DNA of 64,000 nt from Lama glama (Eukaryota): the NCBI GenBank assembly GCA_028534125.1, contig CM052816.1, positions 91,948,001 to 92,012,000 on the forward strand, in the 5' to 3' direction. The notes beneath the pieces were generated by a model that was given only the letters and a program-made list of their open reading frames with translations, ran no database searches and was not told where the DNA came from. How positions within the stretch are numbered: position 1 is the stretch's first letter; every line of letters begins with the position of its first letter. This document shows, piece after piece, positions 25,779-36,429 of the stretch. A program made the position numbers and the translations under genes.

Positions 25779-26329
25779 CCCAGACCTTTCTTTATGGAGT
25801 TTCATTTTCTCTGGCATTCTTTCCTGAAGATTCTAGTCGACTCTGCCCCCATGAGAGGGTCAAAGCCTCCAAACACTGTCTCCCAAATCAGAAAGACTGG
25901 TTGGCTCTGTTTGGGTTCCTCTTACCTTTGCTATAGCCTAAAATTGGATCTGGGTGGTGAGCAGAAACCATCGCAGGGACCGCTTCATTTGTTTTCATCT
26001 CCTCAAGAATAACATTGCTGCCCTGCCTGTTGTCTAGTGTCAAAAACCATTGTTTAATGTATTTTGTCCAACTTTCTAGTTGTTCAAGGAAGAGCCATTA
26101 CTCTCATGAGAAGAAGCAGGAGCAGAATCCTCCTCATAAAGAGCTTTCACGAAGGCTATGCGGATCTCTGACTTTACCTCAAATGCAAAGGTAAGCCACT
26201 ATAAGATATTAAGAAAGCACATGGCGTAATCAGAGCAATGTTAGAAGAGTTTGGTCACTTTCTCTAGGACTTTGCTGGTGTTATCCTTTGAGAGGAAACT
26301 GCTTGACATCAGTCCCACAAAGGGAACTT

Positions 26330-26560
26330 TGATGCAGTAAAATAAACCAGCACTGCATTTGGAGTTTGAATGCTTAAAGTGAGTGGGTCCCCATTCTGCC
26401 AGCTACTAATTATTTTGCCTTAGAAGTTTTAATGAATTAGTTACTTAGTAGGTGACACAGGTCAATGAACTTGTTTCTTCACCAGCAAAATGTTGGTAAA
26501 ACCAACTTTCTCATAAGCCTCCTGGGAGAAGCAGCTGGGCATAGCATGATCAGGTACGTA
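26330..26560 (+). mobile_element. MIR fragment
   Basis: 'cagcactgcatttggagttt...ctgccagctactaa...tgtttcttcaccagcaaaatg'. Confidence 0.5.
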
Positions 26561-28577
26561 AAGTCAGGGTATGAGAGCTCTAATTCCATTTTAGCCACTA
26601 ATGTGCTGTGTCAACCACAATTGTAGAATGATTACCATTGGAAGGTACCTTATAATTAATTAATTTTAATGTCTTTAATTTATAAACAAGAAAATTCAGA
26701 CCTTGAACTTTTCTATGTAATTTATAATGTTTTTCACTAATAAAATTATTCCAGGATTTCAGGATTTGGAAATGAAAGCTTTTTTTTTTTACCTTAGGTT
26801 TTGACAAAAAAATGTAAAGTTTCACTAATATTTTAAAAGGTAGAAGAAAGGGTCTTAGTATAGACTATGACTTCATTGAAAATGTATAGTCAAGGTGACC
26901 CTAAACTCTTCTGCTTATGAAAATGGGTGATAAAGTTGGGAACTGGCCAGGAATGTGGAGGGAACGCAAATAGCTCACTTTCCTCCAGAGAAAGTATGAA
27001 CTGGTGATAAGAAATACAGTTCTAAATATTTTTCATATCCTGTACCACAATTTAGAAGGAATAAATTCAAATATCATCATAAACTAAAGATACAACTGCT
27101 ATAAAACACTTAAAATTTTTGTGAGAAAACTTGAGATGGGAATTCAGTGTAATCCCAAAGTAAAAATATAATTCTATTGAGCAAGCTTGGTTAAGACCTG
27201 CTTTTATGATTTCTAGCTTAGTGGCAAGCCATCATCCCTTTGTAGTTACAATATTAAATTATTATTTGATATCATTTACCCTCTTACCTTTCCTCATTAA
27301 AAGTGAATTTTTATAGTTTCTGCTTCCAGGAATATGGAGTAGGTATACTTGTCCCTATTTCTCTTGCTAAGTTCAACCAAACATAAGCTATAAAACAAAC
27401 ATAAGCTATAAAACAAACATAAGAATAATTTGAAAGATAAAGAGAAGATAGGGGTCAGGGTAGGATCTCAGGATCCGAGGACCAACACAGAGGTGAATTC
27501 TCTGGGTTTATTCTTGCCTTGTATATCCCACTTGGAAGTAAAGAAGTCAGAAACCTAGAAGCACCAAAGGATCCCAACAAAAAGCCCCCCCCCATCCCAC
27601 TTTGCCTGGCCCGTAGGAAGTAGCGGGGCATCTCTCAGCAGCAAGAGGTGAGTGGAGAGCCCGGATTTCCATCCTCGCCAGGCCTTAATGGGATGCCCCA
27701 GGGGTAGTTTCAGAGAAGGCTAAGAAGGAGACTGAATTTTATCAAAACCTGCAGTAACAAGGGGCCTTCCATCACCCAGCTGGAATGATGTCAGAGGAGA
27801 CAGAATGGAGAGTCCAAACTTTCACCCCTGCTCAGCAGTAACAAGACCACTCTTTGCCCCTTGGTATCATTAGAGGCCAAGTGGGGACAGCAATGGGCAA
27901 TCCCATCCCTCCAGCCAGGCGGAGATACTTAGTTGGGAGTGGAAATTCTCACAACTGCCCAGCACTAACTCTCAGTATCAGAAGAGGCTAAGGAGGGAAC
28001 CTGGATGTCTATTCCCACCTGGAAGTAACGAGGCCATCTCCCCCATATTTCTCCTGCCACAGAGGTGCCAGAGAAAGCAGCTAAAACCAGAGTTTTAAAT
28101 AATTCAGAGTTTCATAACATAATACCCTAAATGTCCAGATTTCAGTAGAAAATCACTCATCATACCAAGAATCAAGCTGAATAAAGAAGACAATCAATAG
28201 ATGCCAACACCGAGGTGACAAAATATTGGAATTTTCTGTTAAAGATTTAAAGCAGCCATCCTACAAATCCATCACTGAGCAACTCTGAACACACTTGAAA
28301 CAAATAAAAGATACAGCTCCTCGGCAGAGAAATAGAAAGTCTCCACAAAGAAATGGAAAATTTAAAGAAAAACCAAATGGAAATTTTAGAACTGAAAATA
28401 CAATTACTGAAATTAAAAACCCAGGGGACAGAATCAAGAGCAGAATGAGGGAACAGAGAAAAAAAGGAATAAAGGGATGGTAGGACAAGAGGAATCCCTC
28501 AGTCTGAACATCAGCAAGGATAAAATACACTGAGGAAAGAAAACGTACAGGGCCTCAGAGACCTGTGGGACTCCAAC

Positions 28578-28912
28578 AATTAATTTTATGTGGCAACTTG
28601 CCTAAGCCGCCGTATCCAGAGAGTTTGTCAAACATTATTTTAGGTATTTTTGTGAAGGTATTTTTTTAGATAAGATTAACATTTCAATCAGGAGACGCTG
28701 AATGAAGCAAATTACTCCCCATAATGTGAGAGGGCTGTAGGCAATCATTTGAAAGACTTAATAGAAAAAGAATTACCTCCCCAGATAAAGAGGGAATTCT
28801 GCCAGCAAACAGCTTTGGACTTGAGTCCCTGGGTTTCCAGCCTACCAGCCTACCCTGCAAATTCTGGACTTGCCAAACCTCCACAAATATATGTGTCAAT
28901 TCCTTTAAATCT
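28578..28912 (+). mobile_element. MLT2-type (ERVL) LTR
   Basis: 'ttaattttatgtggcaacttg...tcaaacattattttagg...ccagcctaccctgcaaattctggacttgcc'. Confidence 0.85.
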
Positions 28913-28914
28913 CT

Positions 28915-28990
28915 AGGTAGGTAGGTAGGTAGGTAGGTAGATAGGTAGATAGATGGATGGATAGATAGATATTTAATAGATAGAGATAGG
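28915..28990. repeat. (GGTA)n/(GATA)n tetranucleotide repeat
   Basis: aggtaggtaggtaggtaggtaggtagataggtagatagatggatggatagatagat. Confidence 0.9.
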
Positions 28991-29311
28991 CAAGAAAGAG
29001 GGCTGAAAAAGTACTGAAAACAAGAATGATGGCAGAAAACTTTACAAATTTAGCAGGAGACAGAAAATACAGATTCAAGAAACTGAGTGAAACCCAAACA
29101 GGATAAACTCAAAGAAATCCACACCAAGAAATGTTATAGTCAAATTTCTGCACTGAAGACAAAGGAAATATCTTTCTGAATCAGGGAATGACATCTTTTC
29201 TATACAGTAAAAAAACGTCAAATGACAATGGATTTCTCTGACTAGGTATCACAGAGGCCAGAAGGATGAGCCACAGTATTTTTCAAGGGCTAAAAGGAAA
29301 GAAATATCAAC

Positions 29312-29438
29312 CGGAAACTAACCATACTGGCACCTTATGTTTGGACTTCTAGCCTCCAGACAATGAGAGAGCACATTTCTGTTGCTTAAATCACCCAGTT
29401 CACTATATTTTGTTATGGCAGCCTGAGCTGACTGAGAC
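29312..29438 (+). mobile_element. MLT1 LTR 3' fragment
   Basis: 'ttggacttctagcctccagac...tttctgttgcttaaatcacccagtt...ttgttatggcagcc...actgagaca'. Confidence 0.75.
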
Positions 29439-31049
29439 AGGGAGACACTGGGTAATGGATTTGCAGGGTTTCTGCTGTATGATTTCTAACAACTCTCTGA
29501 ATCCACAAGCACCTCAAAATAAAAAGTTTAATTAAAGAGAATAAAATTTCACATAAATATCTGAAGATTAATCTTGTTTTAGAACTGCTTTTAGGATGTC
29601 TTTGAGTTCTACAAGGTAATCCCTCCAATTCATATTCATATTTTGACCTTGTTCTGGGTGTTTTCACACTGTATCTCTCATCACAACTTTGTTACACGCT
29701 GGGCAGCCATTATTGTCTTTTTGGAGATGAGGAAACTCCAACTTCCAGAGGTCAGCTAGCTGGAAACTTGTTGTGTAACTAATAAGACCTAAGGCTTTGA
29801 CACTGACTCAGGGACTTCTTCCATGACAACAAGGCTACCTTGGGAATCATTAGTCGCTTAGCCATTGAGGAGATCAACTCTGTATCACTAAGAATAAAGT
29901 GAAGATCAATGGAGTGTTATTTAGTAACATACTAGGTCCAGGCTGACTGTCTCAGGAGCCGTGTGACTCTCCATCTCCCAGGAAGCCATCAAAGTTGACT
30001 TGATTGGTCCTTGACTGAAGATGTGTGTAGACAGGATGCTTCCGAGAAGGCAGAGGAGGTACGGGGTCAAGGGTTTCACGAGGACACAAGGGTTAACTTC
30101 CAGTTAGTTATTCTAGCCCCAGCCCTCCAGATGAGGCTTTCCTGTGCACAGCCTCTGAATGTAGAACATGCAGAAAAAACTGTCTCCGCAGAATACGTTC
30201 AAGTGTAACTATGTAAAGAATGTATGGGGGAAAGTAATGATTCTCTGTTTGCTTTTCATTAGGAATGGATTCCTGGTATTCTCTGTCCAAAGCAGAAAAT
30301 CAAGGCCAGTTCTTAAAAACCAACTGTCTTTCCTTTGTGGGCCCTGCCAGGTTTATAGAAAACATTATACAATGCAAAAATAACGGAGCTGGGCTTAGGG
30401 TCCTCTCACTCCAGCAGCATTCCCAGTGTTGGGAATCAAATCAAATGGTAGGTTCCACCTTTCAGCCAAGAGCCCATGGTTTTATTTTGCATTTGAGAAT
30501 TCAGGACAGTAAGAACTTCCTGGGTAATTGTTATTTGGTGAAAACACACAGTAAGCTAAATTTGCTGTAATAAGAGCGCATTTGAATTTAGAAGTCGGTG
30601 TGTGTATGTGTGACCAGTCATGGCATTTGGCTCACTGTTATTACTTTAATTTCCTTTTTCAGGATATAAACCACCAAGGTGCATCGACAGGAGGCTCATT
30701 AAATGTAGAATGGAACTAAGTTATTCACTGTGTTGATTACATCTATAAAATTAAAATTTATCTTTCAGGTAGACTGATGTCTCACTTAGATCTTTCTTAT
30801 AATAAGAGGACCAAGTAGTCAGATGATTCCCAATGTTAATGCGAGCGTTTTACGTGATGGAAGTGCCACAACTAGTACATCTTGGGGCATCACAGTTACA
30901 TCTTTGCCCGGCTCTGCTTTTGGGACCTCATATCTACTGTCATCAGGATCATACTTCCAAAGGCCCCTTGAGCAGAGGACAGTGACCTTGCTCAGGGCAT
31001 TCATATTGTCTGGATCTGTTATTTTCTTAATTTGTTGGTAATAATAATA

Positions 31050-31290
31050 GCTACTACTTATTAAATTGCAATTATTTGCCATGCACTGAGCTAGGTGCTC
31101 TGTATGTATCATCTCACTGAATCCTCACAGGAACCAAAGTGGTGCATCAGATTAGCATAATATTACAGACAAGGAAACCCAGCAAGTAAGTACCCGTCCT
31201 GAGACTACATGTCTGGCAAGTACAGAGATGGGAGTTAGTTACAAGTCTGATTCTCAAAACCCATATTTCTTTTCTCCCATTCAACATGAC
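31050..31290 (-). mobile_element. MIR SINE
   Basis: 'gcactgagctaggtgctctgtatgtatcatctcactgaatcctcacag...ttacagacaaggaaaccc'. Confidence 0.7.
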
Positions 31291-31844
31291 GCACTGACAT
31301 AAAAACTCATCAAGTGCTAAATCCTCGAGGGTCCCAGAGATTATTGTGTTGGAACAGAGTGTCAGAATATTGAATTCTGATTCTTAATCACTACAGCCTT
31401 TAAAATCTCAAAATCAGCTCTGATATGCCACGTGTGTGGCAAACGAGAGGAATCCATTATGCTGATCTGAGTAACTTTGAACAATTTTTCAGTGTTACCT
31501 TTATTAGTTGGTGACATTTTATCTTACTTTTTCTAAGTTAAGCCCTGGACGTTTGGCTGGTCGATATTCGGTGCCTCAGAAACCCAGACTGTTCTGGTGC
31601 AAGAGCATAGAGTAATTTAAGCCAGGGGACTTGGTCTTCAGTTTGTTCTCACATTAATTTTACAGTTGTGACATTAAACAATTCAGTTCAACAACCTCTG
31701 CTACCATTTCCTTATGTGTCAAAGGGACAGAATATCTGCATTATTTTACCAGTTAGGAAGGTTTTCAGATACAAGTAACAGAATACATGAATAACAGTAG
31801 TTAACAGTGTAAAGATATTTATTCTTTACTTAATAAAAAGTTTG

Positions 31845-32663
31845 ATGAGATATCACCTCACACCAGTCAGAATGGCCGTCATTCAAAAATCCACAAATGA
31901 CAAATGCTGGAGAGGGTGTGGAGAAAAGGGAACCCTCCTACACTGCCATTGGGAATACAGTTTGGTGCAGCCACTGTGGAAAACAGTATGGAGATTCCTC
32001 AAAAGACTAGAAGTAGACTTACCGTATGACCCAGGAATCCCACTCCTGGGCATATATCCAGAAGGAACCCTGCTTCAAAAAGACACTTGCACCCCGATGT
32101 TCATAGCAGCACTATTTACAATAGCCTAGACATGAAAACAGCCTAAATGTCCATCAACAGATGACTGGATAAAGAAGAAGTGGTATATTTATACAATGGA
32201 ATACTATTCGGCCATAAAAATGACAACGTAACACCATTTGCAGCAACATGGATGTCCCTGGAGAATGTCATTCTAAGTGAAGTAAGCCAGAAAAAAAAAA
32301 GAAAAATACCATATGAGATCACTCATATGTGGAATCTAAAAAATAAAGAACATAAATACAAAACAGAAACAGACTCATAGACAGAGAATAGAAACTTGTG
32401 GTTGCCAAGGGGGAGAGGGGTGGGAAGGGATAGACTGGGAGTTCAAAATTTGTAGATACTGACAGGCATATGTAGAATAGATAAACAAGATTATACTGTA
32501 TAGCACAGGGAAATATATACAAGATCTTGTGGTAGCTCACAGCAAAAAAAAAATATGACAATGAATATATGTATGTTCATGTATAACTGAAAAATTGTGC
32601 TCTACACTGGAATTTGACACAACATTGTAAAATGACTATAACTCAATTAAAAAATTAAAAAAC
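31845..32663 (+). mobile_element. Young 5'-truncated L1 (ORF2 C-terminus, 3'UTR, A tail) with TSD
   Basis: [40 protein letters not shown]...[14 protein letters not shown] is the L1 ORF2 Cys-rich C-terminus; TSD aaaaagtttg at 31835-31844 and 32664-32673. Confidence 0.95.
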
Positions 32664-32914
32664 AAAAAGTTTGGAGGTGGGACACCTAAGGATAGAGCAG
32701 CAACTCAACAATGGTGACAGAGATCCATTCTTTTTTATATCCATGGTATTCCACAATTTGCTGGTTTTCCATCCTCACACTTGTTATCTTACAGTTGCAA
32801 AATGGCTGCTGCAGCTCCAATATCATATCCATGCTTGACAAAGAAAAAAATAAGATCAAAGCCAATTCAACTCTCCTTTTTAGGAGAGTTCTTTTAATCA
32901 AGAAGCAACCTGTA

Positions 32915-33088
32915 GAATAGGAAAATGAATGTATGTATGTATATGCATGACTGGGACACTGGGACATTGTGCTATATACTAGAAGTTGACACATTGTAAC
33001 TGACTATACTTTAATTTAAAAAAAACCAAACCATATAGTACAGAGAGAAACAACCAAAAAAAAAAGAAAACAAAACAGAGAGAGAGAG
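32915..33088 (+). mobile_element. Short L1 3' tail insertion with extra 3' sequence and TSD
   Basis: 'aaaatgaatgtatgtatgtatatgcatgactgggac...gacacattgtaactgactatactttaatttaaaaaaaa'; TSD aagaagcaacctgta (32900-32914) / aagaagaaacctgta (33089-33103). Confidence 0.8.
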
Positions 33089-33609
33089 AAGAAGAAACCT
33101 GTATTTCTCAGAAATCCCATGGCACACTTCTCCTTATGATTTCATTGTCAAAAACTAGGTCACTTGGCCATCCATCCATTACCAAGTGGCCAAGAAATCA
33201 AGTTCCTGGCTTTTCAGCCTTGGCATTGGAAGGCAGAAAGAGAGAGAAAATGGTTCAGAGGGATTTTTGAAGGTATTCACCAGTATCTCCCACAGTCGTT
33301 ACATCAAGGGATTCGTTTCCTCATACCAAACATTCTCCTTTTGTCCCTCTTCATCCTAAATAATTTATACTGTAGACATTGTGTATATCCAGCCATCATT
33401 TTCTAGGTAGTGTTTCATACATGTGATGCACAAAGCGGATACGCTGGGTATTCAAGAAATGAACTATTTCAGTGCAGGAAAATGCTCACCTGTGATCTAA
33501 CGCCCAATGGTTTTCACTTCATTTGAAGTCACCTCTCATGTTTGTGTTCTCTTCCTGTTTCAGTGAATAGTAAACTAGACATGACCTATGTATAAATAAT
33601 GCCAGAACA

Positions 33610-33727
33610 TCTGGATGAAAAGGAAAAAAAATCAATTATCTGGATGTTTTGTCTACATAACATCAAAACATGTAGCATTGTGTAGACAAAACATCTAGAT
33701 GATTGAATATTTTACTTTTCATCCAGA
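33610..33727. repeat. Long imperfect inverted repeat (~50 bp arms, 17 bp loop)
   Basis: Left arm tctggatgaaaaggaaaaaaaatcaattatctggatgttttgtctacataa; reverse complement of right arm tctggatgaaaagtaaaatattcaatcatctagatgttttgtctacacaa. Confidence 0.92.
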
Positions 33728-35204
33728 CATTTTGTTGTCATGTGGACAAAAAGTACTGCCAAGTTAGGGACATAAGAGAAAAACAGGATCTAGCAAAATT
33801 CACCTGATTTGTAGAGTTCAAGAATTGTTGTTCAGCTTATTATGAGAAAGGAAGACAACTGATGAGATATTAATTCAAAATAATTTTCAAAAATTCTAGG
33901 CTTTATTGGAGAAAGCTTCCTACTACACTGTTCACAGTGATCACAATAAATGGTGATTCCATTCCGAGACACTTACAGAAAACACACAAACCATTTTTTA
34001 TTTGACATTGTGTTTATTTTACAAATGAAGCAATGCATTCACAGAATAGAACAGTGACTGCTAAAATAGTCATTTATATCCTGGAAGAAGAAACATAGAA
34101 ACAAATTTTAGTTGTCTGATCATAGATAAACTCATTAGCCCAGATTCAGTTCAAATTCAATAATTACTTATCTTTGCTGTTCCAGGCACTGTGCTGGTCA
34201 CTTTTTCACATGTAAATCATCATTTAATTTATTCTACACTAATTTTGTGTGGTTCCTATTGTTATTCCCATTTTTTTTAACATGGGAATCTGAGTCATAA
34301 ATATAAAGGAAAATCTCCAAAATCTCACAGGTTGATTATCTGCAAATAACATAATGCTAAAAAAAATTTGTTTTTCATTAACATGGCTTATTTTGAGTAG
34401 AATAAAAAAATGGCAGTCTTAGAAGACCAAATTTCTAAAGTTTGGTGTCACAATTCCTAAAAAGCTGGGAAATATGGCTAAATGTGCTATGTTATTCCAT
34501 TTTATTTTGTGCATTATAATATATATACATATTTTTCCATGTTCTAAATCCAGTGTAACTAATTGAGAACTAAAGTTGACAAAGAGGGATATTAGTATTC
34601 AACAGGAATCTATTTTATCCTTGAAGAACCTGATAGAGCAACAGCCTTAATACTGTATGGAGAGTCTCACTCAGATAACAAATTAAGTTTTATGACTCAC
34701 GATTCGCATTCCTTCTTAAGCAGACAGTTCCAAATTCAATACACAGAGGTCACTAGGGGACCATTCCATCTTCAAAGTCAGCCTTACGTAGTCTCTCATT
34801 TTTCTGGCAGTGACTTAGCTGGATGGGGTAGTAAGTGACAGCAGGAGAACTTTGGAGCCAAAACTGTGTGTTCAGGACCCAGTGGTCTGGGATTTTCCAG
34901 GTCAACAAACCGTGGAAAATATCCTCAGTAAGAAAATGGGTCTGAGCAGTAAAGCAGTAAATTTTCAACTCGGGCCATAGTGATATATGACCCACCACCG
35001 AGAAAGTCAGCCTTGTGATAACCTCTGAGCCCTGCAGCCACTTGGTTAAATGCAGATTTTTCTGATTTATGACCGTGGTATTAGGGCTGGAAGAAATCTC
35101 TTTTTTTACAGCAAAAACTCATATCAAGTCCAGGCGCTTCAAGGTAAACCCCACTATGCAGCCCATTCATGCATTTCCAAGCGGTACAATTCCGCTTCCC
35201 ATTC

Positions 35205-35330
35205 ACACAATGGTTCTGGACTTAGATAGTGGTAATGGTCGCCCAACTTTGGAAAGATACTGAAAAGCATTGAATTGCACACTTCAAAAGGGTGAATTTT
35301 ATGATATAAGAGTTATATCTCAGTTTAAAG
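35205..35330 (+). mobile_element. L1M 3' end fragment
   Basis: 'ttagatagtggtaatggtcgcccaac...attgaattgcacacttcaaaagggtgaattttatg...ttatatctca'. Confidence 0.75.
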
Positions 35331-36429
35331 ACACTGTATTGGACCAATTCAAATGGCTTCTTGGACATCAAATAGATCTTACAAAGCAATATTTTGGTGA
35401 TTTAAGTGTAAATGAAACAGAAACATATGGAGTAAATTTCTGCAAAATTGCACATGATTTCAAAAATTAAGGGGGAAACGTTCTTGGCAAAAGTTAGTTG
35501 GGTTTCATCTAATCCAAAATACTTGAAAAATAAATTGAGACATTTCAAAAACCAAAATGCAGCTGGTGTTTCCATGCAGCACGTATTTGTTATGTACTGT
35601 CCTTCTCCCTAAGTATGTTTCTACTTACATTGGAAGGTACCAGTCAGTTCAGGTACGCAGGTACAAAGCTATGAATACTTAAGGCATCATACAGCATAAG
35701 GAAAGGTCATGTTGTGGAAATTTTGCTACAGTATATGAAACGGTATTTTCAAGGAAATATTCCTTACGGAAACAATTAGAGGAGAAAGCCTCTTGTAACA
35801 GTCTCTGAGTTCAGTTCAAGAGCACAGAAAAACTGAAATCCCTGTGACTGTTCATCAGAAGCTGTCCCATCTCCATGAGACGTTCACAATCCCTGGGCAT
35901 ATAAACACCTCTGTTACTGAAAATGCAGTCTTTTATATGCCGTTATAAAACCCAGCCACAAAAATGATAGGCATTAGCACATGTATCAGATTTTTGAAGC
36001 TGTCGTGCAAAACCTTGAAATCGTTTTTAACCGATACACCCATTTATATTCTCTTTCTCCTCCGTTATGTCCTAGACCCTAAGCAGCACAGTGAATGTCC
36101 TTTGCACAGCTGGTTTCCAGTGACTGATGGATTCTTTGTATCCACAAAGTGTGTTGAATAAATGCTCTCGATAGAATTGTAATTTTTACTTTCCTCACTT
36201 CTGCTCAAGTGTTATTTCTCAAAGAGACCTTACCTGACCACTTATAGGCACTGGCTCTTACTATCCACTGCCCTTTCTTTACTTCCTAACGTGGCTTTGT
36301 ATGATACATCGCAGTTTGTTTACTGTCTGGCTCTTTCACTGGAATATTCTGTGAACCCAGGCACTCAGTTTTATTCACTGCTTTCTGATACTCTGAGGAC
36401 AAATGATCAGAAGATACAGAGAAGCCAGA

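Larger units (their letters stand above)
19806..26110 (-). mobile_element. Long, ancient antisense L1 (3'UTR, ORF2, ORF1, 5' region, with deletions), preceded by a short separate ORF2 fragment at ~19806-19975
   Basis: Antisense L1 3' end 'ttttattgaaatataatttacata'; ORF track remnants 'TAMRYHYRPTRL' (ORF2 C-terminus) and 'KYRGTKVRMTAYFLAEKMQTRKQ' (ORF1 C-terminus). Confidence 0.88.
27320..29310 (+). mobile_element. Old L1 5'UTR and ORF1 fragment, interrupted by an MLT2 LTR
   Basis: ORF1-like 'ttttagaactgaaaatacaattactgaaattaaaaac', 'gcctcagagacctgtgggac', 'aaacccaaacaggataaactcaaagaaatccacaccaaga'. Confidence 0.8.
31748..33295 (-). mobile_element. Old MLT1 (J/K/L-like) LTR split by two L1 insertions
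   Basis: 'agttaggaaggttttcagatacaagtaacagaa' continues after the L1 as 'gcaaaatggctgctgcagctcca' and 'aaaactaggtcacttggcc'. Confidence 0.65.
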
